This document shows positions 53,507 to 64,000 of a stretch of 64,000 nt of DNA, one piece after another. Each line of letters starts with the position of its first letter. Position 1 is the stretch's first letter. This DNA is from Adineta vaga (taxonomy: Eukaryota > Animalia > Rotifera), in assembly GCA_021613535.1 (NCBI GenBank), contig CP075492.1:15004001-15068000 (forward strand), written 5' to 3'. The position numbers and the translations under genes are program-made. The notes beneath the pieces are model-generated. The model had not been told where the DNA came from. It did no database searches and was given only the letters and a program-made list of their open reading frames with translations.

Positions 53507-54351
53507 ATGACGACATCAACAAATGTGCCTCGATTTATTCTTGTTACTAGCGCTGCTATTACAATTCGTAGTTATTTTAACAAAAATATTAATAAACAAA
53601 AATATAAACTTTGACTAATGGTATGAAAGACATATTCTTATATATTTCCACTTGAATTTGATTTGTTTAGATTCATCCAACGAATCCATCAGACGCAGTC
53701 GAAGCAATAAAACCACATGGTGAAATTATCGGAGCTGAATTGGACAAAAATCGAAACTTTACTGAAAGCATGTGAAGGTGTTGATACAATATATTTTTAG
53801 CAGCAAAAAACTCAGGTGTAAAGAGAGTCATTTTTGCTAGTTCCATATTCGTGCTGTATCAGTCTATTCTAAAGATAAACAAGTTAGATCAACATATCCA
53901 ATTAATCCAGGAGATCTTTATGGTTTTCACTTTTGTGAGAATTGAATTATATATCTTTTTATTTGTTCTATCATAGGTGTAAGTAAATGTTTTGGTGAAG
54001 CACTTTTGGCCGTTACATGGGTGAACAAGAAGGATTATCAACTTTTGTAATACGTATCGGTTCTTATTTACCTTATTCAATTTTGAAGGATGCATCAAGC
54101 AGTGTTGCGTGTATAGATAGTTAATTATCAGAACCTGATGCTCTTCATTTATTCGAAAGATGTATTCACGCACCATCTACTCTCAAATTTGCACTCGTAC
54201 ATGCTCTTTCATGTAACACGTTTACCCGCATGGATGTCAATTCAACATGTGAATTACTTGGTTATAATCGTCAAGATAATTTTTTTGATGTTCACGAAAG
54301 TTTTAAACCATTAAATATATCAAATCGATTGCTTATACATAGTGTTCAGTA
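53507..54351 (+). pseudogene. NAD-dependent epimerase/uronate-dehydrogenase-like pseudogene
   Basis: Fragments ILVTSAA, ACEGVDTI, AAKNSGVKRVIFASS, PGDLYG/VSKCFGEAL, RIG scattered over different frames, with stops. Confidence 0.7.
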
Positions 54352-54603
54352 AATTTCGTTTTTATTTCAATAATTGATTTCTATTTTACTTTGCCTGTTA
54401 GGGATCCGTATCAGAAATCTACTCTTCGAGATAAATCACCAGAACAAAGAAAAGAGAATTAGATTTCGACTTGTTGAATGATACGCACAGTATTAAAACG
54501 ATTTTATTCGAAATCAGTATTCTTATATTAGTTGATGTTTTCGTTTCGGTGCGATAAACACAATGAAAAAAAAGAAGAAATGATTCTTTTATTATTATGA
54601 AGT

Positions 54604-55841
54604 CTAAATATTAGTAAACAATGCAGCTAAGGAATTGGCCATCATTCCTTCAGAGAATTCTTTGTAAGCGGAGCGCAGTTCGATTTCTCTTGAGTGTGCT
54701 GATATGATTTTCGTTTCGCCAATAGTAAACAGAATGCCTGGTATAATCAGTACTTCTTCTTCATGCGGTATTGAAGAGATAGTATGTACGTCGATTGCCA
54801 ATAATGCACGTAGGACTCGATGTTATAAGTAAACATAACATCAACCGTATCTTCTGGTCGAGAACCAGAATCGATAAAACTTTGTGCAACAGATCTTAGT
54901 TTAGACGTTGAAGTGATGGCTTTATTGCAAACGAACATTCTATCTTTGCTGTAATATTCTAATTCTTTTTGTGTCAGTCGCATGCCACGATATGTTGGAC
55001 CTTGATAACGAAGAGTAGAATTGGGTGTCATAATCAATCGATATATTGCCTGTAAAAACAGTTTAGTCCAATCAGTCTCGTTGGTATTTTGTAAGGTGAT
55101 TTGTCCACTTGCTTGAAATCCTTGTAGATTTGAAATACATTGATTGAGCTGTCCAAATGCGTTTGCAAACATTGCATTCATTTATTCCATGGGATCCATA
55201 TCCGTCGGATTCCCTAAACTTTGCCGTGCTAAGTTTCGATTCAATATTTTGTAGAACTTGCTTTCAACTGTGTAAGCTTGTACAAGATAAGTGGCATCAC
55301 CCGTCGATTTTGCCTTATTAAGGAGTTTCCGAACTTTTGGTGCAATATGTGCTAAGTCATCTGACTTTTCCATAGCATCTACTACCATAGCAGGTGTCAC
55401 TTGAGTAGAAGGCGCTACTAAACTTTGATGATTTATACAGAACTGACTAGCATTCATACCAGTGAGTATCCAATCTAATTCTTCGTGATCTAATGGATCC
55501 TGATAAAAACGTGGATTTATCTGATTGTATGTTTTTATATCCAATTCATTTGAGTTAGCTCGTTGTCGAAAGTCATTCTGATTGTCTGAAACCCTATTTG
55601 ATCTACTATCGGTCAAATTTGAATCAGTATTCTGAAGATTCTTAGAGCATAATGTTTGATCTCTTAACAAGTCATCTTGTGCAGAATCGGTCTGCGTAGA
55701 GATGTCATTCGAATATTTATTTGCGTTGTCGATCGGTCGTGAAATTGGAAGAGACGCGTCAGAAACAGTGTTTGTTCCTACGTCTATTTTTTTAATTGAT
55801 GGAATTGTTGAAGTAGGTGTTACACTTGCTGAACAGCCCAT
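54604..55841 (-). pseudogene. Lipid-anchored ADP-ribosyltransferase (R-S-E) gene with an in-frame stop and a frameshift
   Basis: MGCSAS; AYTVESKFYKILN; YRGMRLT; ITSTSK; HEEEVLIIPG; TAA at 55184-55182 and a -1 frameshift at ~54810. Confidence 0.85.
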
Positions 55842-56446
55842 TGTTCGATTTCTTCAATAGTTGATACAATATACGAAGACTTACTAGAAATAAAACAATA
55901 TTTACTGAATGAAAAATAAATCGTGCAAAAGAAATTCAGTCAACAGTCTCGTCATCTTTTACTATTAAAATTTTACGTGATGTGAAGTCTTTTTATTATT
56001 TTTCCTTTCTCTATTATTTCTTTTTCAACAAACATCGTTGTTTGATGTAGTAAATTAAAAGCATACTTTTTTTTCGTTTTTTTATTGACACTCTATTCAC
56101 AGAATAGAAGAAGATTAACAAGTGTGGGTGAAATAAACAAAGCTGCTCACATCAATACTTGCAATATCCTCAATATTCATGAGAGATATGTGGGTCGTTT
56201 TGTCATTCCACCTATGCACGCTCTCCAGTATTCGTGCTCATATAATACTATTGAAGTTTATATAAGCATATTCCTCTTCAGGAGTCTTTGCTACTTGAAA
56301 TATAAAGTACATAAAAACTAGAAAAAACGAATATTTTAATATCAGTGATTCATTTCGTATATGTATATAGGGCTGTTTATTTACGATATATAAGATCAAT
56401 AGAAATCTATTCTGCATTTCATAAGCTTCATTGAATCGATCAAATT

Positions 56447-58086
56447 ATGAAAAAAACGGTAGAAACGATCACTGATCCCTCAAACAATCATCAAGCAACT
56501 AAATCAGTTTCTAAACGACAACGAAGTCGTTCAATAATTCGAGAATTTAGTTTAAATACATCAACACATGGTATTCCTGGTATTGCTCGTAGTGAAAGTT
56601 ATCATAATCGAATATTTTGGTCGGTATCATTGTTATTATTCATTGGTATTATGCTCTATTTTATTATTAAATCCATTCTTGCCTATTTTCAATATCCAAC
56701 TCAAACATCAATTGATATTGTAGTTGAATGGCCACAAGCATTTCCCGCCGTGACACTTTGTAATTACTCTCCCTACTTTTATTCTCGTTTTATTGGACCA
56801 TTTTTAAACTATACAAATACAATGAATCTTACGAATACAACTGATACGACCAAATTTACACTTCAACAAGCATCCTATGTACGTGAATTTGCAAGATATA
56901 ATCTCCAACAAGAAATATCTTTGACAAATTTCTCTTATCCGCTCGAAGTTATGTTAATGAGTTGTTCCTACAATGATATACCATGTTCAGCAATAAATTT
57001 TACTTCATTTGTATCACTTCGGTTTGGAACTTGTTATACATTTAATTTGAAGACAAAAAATATGACAAATGGTGGTATAAAGTATAGTTCCGATAACGGA
57101 GGAGAAGGTAAACTAGCAGCTACTTTCTATATACATCACCATCAATATATTCCTTATATAACACAAGGTAAGCATATGTGTTTCATTGAAAGTATACATA
57201 GGAAAATAATTATTTAGCTGTCGGTATGATGGTAACAATTCATGATAATAATCAACTTCCTATTGTCGCATCATCAGGCATGCAATTATCTGCTGGAAAA
57301 CATCATAAAATAAGTTATACAAAACGAACGAATTTATTTTTACCATCACCCTATACAACATGTACGAATGATATTAGTCCAGCTATGCAATCTTTATTCA
57401 ATCGGTATCCAAATATTGATTATGCCTATTCACAAACTCTTTGTTATTCATCCTGTATCCAAACATACATGTAAGCTTTTCGATAAAGTAATTTTCTTTG
57501 AAGACCAATAATACAATTATTCTATAGTTATCCAAAATGTGGTTGTGTCAATCCAGCTTTTTGGGGTTCACGTTTTATTAAAGTTCCAGGTATGTCGAAT
57601 GTTATCGCTGCACCACTCTGTAATTGGACAGATCCTTGTCCTTCTCAAGTAACTACACAATTCTATACATCAGGCGAATTTCGAGATGCACAATGTCCAA
57701 ATTGTGGCCAAGAATGTACAAGTAATACTTTTACTATTAAATCTTCAACATTGAACGCACCTGTCGAATCTCAAATGGATACTATTCGAAAATTTGTTCA
57801 ATCTTTATCTGTTCCATTGGCAAATAATTGGTCAACAAATTGGCAAAATGAAATACGAGAAAATTATGTTTCATTAGAAGTTACTTGTGAAACAACTCGA
57901 ACTGAAATCTATACTCAACAAGCAGCATTAAGTGCAGTTGATGTCATATCAAATGTTGGTGGACAAACAGGTCTTTGGATCGGAATTAGTTTTCTTTCTC
58001 TATTTGAAATGATAGAAATGATATACAGACTCTTTCGTTCACGATGTCATGCATTAAAAAATACGATGAATCAGACACGAGAATGA
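56447..58086 (+). CDS. DEG/ENaC amiloride-sensitive channel subunit (3 exons)
   Basis: FSLNTSTHGI, FPAVTLCN, FGTCYTFN, Cys-rich thumb, SNVGGQTGLWIGISFLS. Confidence 0.96.
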
Positions 58087-58344
58087 AAAAAACAGAAGAA
58101 AATCAATGTAAAACATTAAATGAATAGTTTCGTCTCTAAAAAATTCTACTAAAATTATGATAAAATACGACGGCAATTTTGACAGAGTACCTTGACAAAC
58201 CTTTTCATTTTAATTAGTGCTTACTTTATTCCACAACTGTGTTAATTCAGAACTGTCAGAATATTTGGTAAGTTCTGTTGAAGGTATAGAGTGTATAAGT
58301 GAATAATTATAAATATACTTATATGTACATCGAATCATCTGCAT

Positions 58345-58390
58345 CTACATTCTTACTCTCGTCCATACCCACCCGCATCCACACACTCTA
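58345..58390. repeat. CACCCTCA-like half-hairpin remnant
   Basis: ctctcgtccatacccacccgcatccacacactcta. Confidence 0.35.
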
Positions 58391-59172
58391 AGTGTGATAG
58401 TAGGGCTATTAAGGCAGGATATGAATCTGGGTATCTTTTATTTACTTGTTCTATCATACAGATAAGAAAGAGAAATTAGATAATGTATCTGTATCGACGG
58501 TTTATTTTGATTTTTTTTCTTATATCACAGGAAAATGGTTTTTATTAATAAAAGAAGAAGGACAATAGGAGACGATTATTATTTAATTACATTGGAAAAG
58601 ACGAATGTGATCTGGTGGATGAATGTGAATGTATATAACGTCTTCCACTCTCACGTTCAACTTCACTTATAGGAATAACTGCATCCTACGAATACAAGTT
58701 CTTTCATCAAAACTGTAAGATTCTTTCTTGAATATAATTGTTAAAACATACCTGGTTTCTTTCAATTATAATCTTTCGTTGGCTGTAGAAACTAATAATT
58801 TCAAGAATCTGAATTATATTTATAGATGTCTGCCATTATTAAAATTTTTAAAAATATATTCTGAATAAAGAAACCATGAAAAGAGAAGGTTGTTTAGATA
58901 TGTTGTTGCAAAATAATCGAAAATTTCTATCAAGCTCAGCGAACAAATCAAAATTTATTCGTAGCCTTGTAAACAAGAAAATATTCTGGATTATGTAAAT
59001 TTGTACAAGTTGCCTAAAAACTTATATTAATACAGACGTGTGATTGACAAAGCCATTCTTCTCTTTATTCTTTTCGTTTGTAGAGATCAGTTCCTTGCGA
59101 CTCCTATAGTCTTACTGTTAAACTTCGGTGAAAAAGAATATATATAGATACACACTACTTTTATATACACTG

Positions 59173-61393
59173 ATGATATCCAGTCAAAGTAATATTCAAG
59201 AATCCAAATTCATTCACACAGTAAACAAGAAAGAATACTATAGTGATGAAGAGGAATATTACGACCGAAAAGGTGTAGGCTACTTTCAATGGCTACAGTG
59301 AGTTTTGCTACTTTTCTTTTTTTATCCTTGAAAATTTTCATGCACTTGCTATAGATGTTGTCCATGTTGTACTGCACCATGCCAAATAGGATTAATCATC
59401 GGCGCGTTGCTTGGCAGTATAGCCTTTGCAATAATAATAACATTATATTTATCGAAACCAGGTAAAACAGTATTTGTGCATGCAACATAAAAAACTATGA
59501 ACTAAAAGTTTTCCCAAATGAGAGAATGTTGGATCTTCTAGTATTTACACCGATTATCACAATTTTCAACAGAAAATGCTTTTTCTAAAAAAAGCCTTTC
59601 AATTTTAAGGATCATGTAGAGATTTGAGACTGTGAAGGTGAAAAATATCGATCCTTGTATCTCATACTTTCACATTGAATTCATTCGTCAAGATCTTTAT
59701 CCACATTTTCCTCTTAGCGTTTATAAAAAATAATAATTAAGCTCGAACTATGATTTGCATCAATCTAGGTTCAACTATATCCAACGCTCCGATGATCACT
59801 ATAATACCGTCGACAACCACATCCGCGACAACAGCTTCAACTTCAACAACTTCCACAACAACATCATCGTCAACTACAACATCATCTGCAACAACAACTT
59901 CCACGACAACATCATCGACAACCACTTTCACAACATCAACTACAACGATCTTCAATTCATGTCAGTTATCTCGCATACTCATAATAAAACAGTTGTTTCT
60001 AATCTACGATGTGATATAAGTTTCTAAATCATCTGCATATAGTTCTACGTTTATAGGACAATCGAGAAATGTAAATTCCTCTACTTCATATAGAGTTAGA
60101 TTTGAATGACAAATTTTGTAGAGCCCATAGGTTTAAAATATATAAAAGAGATGGATTCTTAGATAAAAAGTAAAGATCTCTAGACAAGGTTCAAGTAGCA
60201 ATTGTAGAGATTACAAAATATATATTCCTCAAGTTTTTTCAGACTTCACCTAATAGATTCTCAGAAAAGTCATAAAACTATCAATAACGTAGTAAGATGT
60301 CCTGATACGATTCTATGCGTAAAACTATTCCTTTGGTGTCAGAACGTCTTTGGGTTTTCTTAGATGAACACCTAAATTTCTTTTTGGTACACTTGCATGA
60401 TCGTTTCAATTTTAAATTATAGCCTATTATGTCCATCAAAATATTGGTCTTTAACTTTTCCTCGTAGGTTATTTGTGAATTAGATGTGTTTTACTTTAGG
60501 TACTCATCTTCGATGGAACCAAACAGGTAAAGTTGTCGCTGGTGGTTCGTTTGGGTCTTCACCTGCTCAATTGCGGAGACCGTCTTGTTTGTACATCGAT
60601 CAAAACAATACTCTATATATTTGTGATACTGGAAATAATCGTATTCAAAAATGGATAGCAAGTGATTCAAGTGGCTCGACAGTAGCTGGTAGTAGTGTTG
60701 GCACTGCAGGTACCAGTTCTATTTTACTGGAGTCACCAGTAGACGTTACTTTTGATAAGCTTGGATAATGTACGTGGTTGCACTGAAAATCATCGTGTCC
60801 AACGCTATTCTCCAAATTCTACTAATGGTATAACAGTTGCAGGAACTATAGGCATCAAATCAAGCGCTCTCACAGATCTCGATCATCCAAGTGCTGTTCT
60901 CGTTGATGATAATTTAAATATTTACATCCTTGATAAACATAATAATAGAATAGTACAATGGACCCCAAATGCCACAATAGGCATAGTCATGATCACTAGT
61001 AGTTTACTTAATGATGCAGAAGACTTTATATTTGTGCCCAGTACATTAAATCAAGTTTATATAAGCGATCCAAAGAATAATGTTATATATCAGTGGATAT
61101 TTAATGCTGCAAGTCCTACTTTACAATTATCTCAGGTAAATAGTAGCACAAGTAGTCTCCGTGAACCGAGAGGTATGACCGTTGATCAATATGGTAATTT
61201 GTATGTTACTGACTTAGATAATAATCGAGTGGTGATGTATTGCGACAATTCTACTGTTGGCATTGTCGTAGTTGGTGGTACTGGTAGTACACCGACGCTT
61301 TATTCACCAATAGACGTAGCACTTGATTTAGACTTGAATATGTACGTCGTCGTCGAGAACGATAATCAAGTAATCAAATTTTCGAGACAATAA
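59173..61393 (+). CDS. Type II membrane protein with Thr/Ser mucin stalk and NHL-repeat beta-propeller; apparent frameshifts at ~60767 and ~60781
   Basis: Exons from 59173; CCPCC plus TM at ~59354-59461; Thr-rich exon ~59769-59960; LRWNQTGKVVAG, LYICDTGNNRIQKW, GNLYVTDLDNNRV. Confidence 0.8.
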
Positions 61394-61747
61394 ATCGAAT
61401 TGTTTTATTCGATATGAATGCAACTAAAGACATTCAAATGAACGAAACATACAATTTAATTTTTTCTTGCACCAATAAAATACCCATTCAATTCATTTTA
61501 ATTTCTATATTGTCTGCTCATTTTTCGATTTGAATTCAGATTAAAATCGAACAGGTCCTTATATGAAGAAGATTGATTAAATAAATGAAATTTATTGAAA
61601 GAATATTTATAATAGATAAAGATAGAAAAAAGATTTCAATCGAACGTCTTTTAATCTATATCTTTCATTTTGATCAAGATGTTTATTTAAATAAAAAAGT
61701 TCTTTTTTATAATATAATGTTTAGAAATAAAATATGAAAATCAATCA

Positions 61748-62347
61748 TCATGCTTTACTTTTCATATATTGTAAGAATGTTCCGTTGAGAATGAATCGAT
61801 AACTAATTAGCACTATAATAAAAATAGTACTACTAAGATTCATTAAGAAACCGAATGATCGATAATTTGGATAGCCAAGTGCAAAAGTAAATCGACCAAT
61901 AATAAAAAGAATGGTGTAGATAGGCAAAATAATCAATTCATTTGATTGAAGTACAGTACAGAGTGTTAATGAAAGGATTAGTTTTATAATTAATTGTTCA
62001 AGTGTATTTTGTAAAATACGTTGTCGTTGTTCAACTAAGACATGTCCTTTTGGATCCAATGGATTAATAGCAATGGTTGTTATACGTCGATTGATGACTG
62101 CAAATATAGCAAGTAAAAAAGGAAAACAATCGATAAATAATAGTTGAATAGTAAATATTAAACGTTTTTCTAATGCGAAAGTTTTTGTATTATTATCGAT
62201 TGTGATTGTCCATGGAAATTTATCAAATAAAGCCATTGTTAGGAGAATGGTAGTAATAACGATTGATATGATCATTAATGGAAGAACTCGCCGTTGATAT
62301 TTACGAAGTCCTACTTGTTTAGTTTTCTTTTCTGTTTCCGTTGTCAT
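61748..62347 (-). CDS. MAPEG-family membrane protein, intronless
   Basis: RILQNTLEQ, FIIGRFTFALGYPNYRSFGF, multiple TM helices. Confidence 0.8.
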   Translation of the reverse strand: MTTETEKKTKQVGLRKYQRRVLPLMIISIVITTILLTMALFDKFPWTITIDNNTKTFALEKRLIFTIQLLFIDCFPFLLAIFAVINRRITTIAINPLDPKGHVLVEQRQRILQNTLEQLIIKLILSLTLCTVLQSNELIILPIYTILFIIGRFTFALGYPNYRSFGFLMNLSSTIFIIVLISYRFILNGTFLQYMKSKA

Positions 62348-62573
62348 TATTTATTTTATTCAACAATAACAAAAAAGCTGTTTATGTACTGGTTATGTTA
62401 TCTTATCTAATGTGTATGACTAAACATTCACAAATGTATGTATAGTTATACTATTAAACAATCCAATGAATTTAAAGAAAATATATAGATCATAATAGAG
62501 GCACATAGAATCGCATGATGACAACTAAGTTTAATGAAAAGAGAGGGCTTGATTTTTATTTAAGACATGCTAT

Positions 62574-63543
62574 TCAAAGATTAGGAGCCAGAAGTTTTGC
62601 AATGATTTCATCATTTTTACATCTATAATTGATAAAGAAAAAACTATATTCAAATATGGATCGATAATACAATAAAACATACCCTTTAATAAATTCTTCT
62701 TTGCTTACTTTCTTATCACCATTAATATCGAGTTTATCAATCATTTCTTTTGCACGTTTGTGTGGATCTTTCTCACCATGACGATCTTTTACTCTAGCTC
62801 GATCATACTAGAATGATGAAAGATCAAATTATTAATGAATAGAATGAGAAGAAATTTAATTGTACCATAGCTGAAATCAAGTGACCCAATTCATTCTGAT
62901 CGAGTTGTCCATCTTCGGAAATATCCCAACTAAATATTTGAAATGAAATTTTCGTTTTGAAAAAGAAAATTTTCTTAAATTTACAAATCAAATATGAATT
63001 CAAGTCGATGATCAAGATCACCACGAAAATTATTCACAGCGGTAGCAAAAAGATATTCATTGAAATCAACTGTTCCATCACTATTTTGATCCATATTTTT
63101 AAACACACTCCTATAGAACAATTAAGTCAACATATATATATCAATCAATCATATTAATCACATACGCGCATATTTCTGTATCAGTATCCGGATCAAATTG
63201 TTTGCATACATTAATAAATCTATCTTGATCAAGTTTACCTGATGGACACATTTGAATAAATCCCTTCACAAAAAAAACGCAAATAACTATAGAGTTCTAT
63301 TCGTTGAACATACTTCATAACATATCTTGATTTCTTTTCAGAAAAAATAAAAAAATAGTTTAAATATAATATAAACGATCATTTACCTTTATCACTCAAC
63401 TTAGAATTTGTTCGGAGTACAGCCAATTCTATGAGAAAGTTCATATAAAAGAATCTTAGATCAAAAAGTTTAGCAAAAACAAGTAAACCTTTCTGTGTTA
63501 AATACGTCGTTTTTCGTTGTTTACGAATTGATTTCGTATCCAT
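62574..63543 (-). CDS. EF-hand neuronal calcium sensor/recoverin-like protein (multi-exon)
   Basis: YEGFIQMCPSGKL, DQNSDGTVDFNEY, DISEDGQLDQNE, DINGDKKVSKEEF; ATG at 63543, TGA at 62576-62574. Confidence 0.9.
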
Positions 63544-64000
63544 TTTTTGATATTATTGCAATCGTCAAAAACAAAAAGTGTGTATTCTACTGTTAGATTA
63601 AACGACATGCTTCATTGAGAACGTGAATAAATAAAGAATAATCAAGCATGTAACACTCCGAAAACAATAACTGAAATGAAACTTTATTACGACACTATAA
63701 AAAAAAAAGAAAAGTTTTGTTTGAAGATGTTTGAATGTTGTTTAAAGCAGATGCATATACCCACATCTTCAAGATTCAAATGCATTGTCAGAAGTACGCA
63801 GTATAGTGCTTACAGGACCAATTTGATTGTAATTAAAACAAAACAAATGTTTTTTACATCGGTGCCAACATTTTTTTATGAGAATATATCTGACTTGTTG
63901 ACGATAGCGAGATGATGTTGCTGTAAATATATAAAAATTGCTCTAAAATAAATACATATTTTTCAAAATTGTTGAAAAAGAAAAACAATACCGCAAAATT

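Noticed and set aside
55182-55184. Stop-codon readthrough or alternative genetic code in the ART gene
   Set aside because: TAA terminates many intact genes here, and the same gene also has a frameshift.
59737-60027. Val-rich (minus strand) and Asn/His-rich (plus strand) ORFs
   Set aside because: Shadow frames of the ACA/TCA-rich Thr/Ser stalk exon.
1-64000. CRISPR array, rRNA or tRNA genes
   Set aside because: No regularly spaced direct repeats or recognisable structural RNA sequences seen by eye; a covariance-model search would be needed to exclude small RNAs.

Overview
AT-rich, gene-dense eukaryotic genomic DNA with many short (~50-70 nt) GT-AG introns and AATAAA signals. The gene mix strongly suggests a bdelloid rotifer (inference). 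Metazoan genes include tubby-like, VPS13, DEG/ENaC, two GPCRs, an F-box protein and an EF-hand calcium sensor. They are interspersed with many bacterial/fungal-type genes: GH26 mannanase, intradiol dioxygenase, C14 caspase-like, DUF427, ricin-type lectin, DUF2961 and a uronate-dehydrogenase-like pseudogene. No rRNA, tRNA or CRISPR array was seen. Four things stand out. (1) A four-exon gene at 4298-7163 splices in frame into one 795-aa protein joining an R-S-E ADP-ribosyltransferase, a receiver (REC)-like domain and an NMNAT/NadD-like adenylyltransferase. (2) A cassette at ~26.0-28.4 kb holds small co-oriented orphan genes, two of them paralogous single-pass membrane proteins with FAST/viral-fusogen-like architecture. 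(3) A gene at 29.3-33.5 kb concatenates three 2-TM Cys-rich units, a possible single-chain pseudo-trimeric channel. (4) A family of telomere-like TGAGGGTG...CACCCTCA hairpins sits at gene boundaries. All family calls come from motif recognition by eye; no searches were run.
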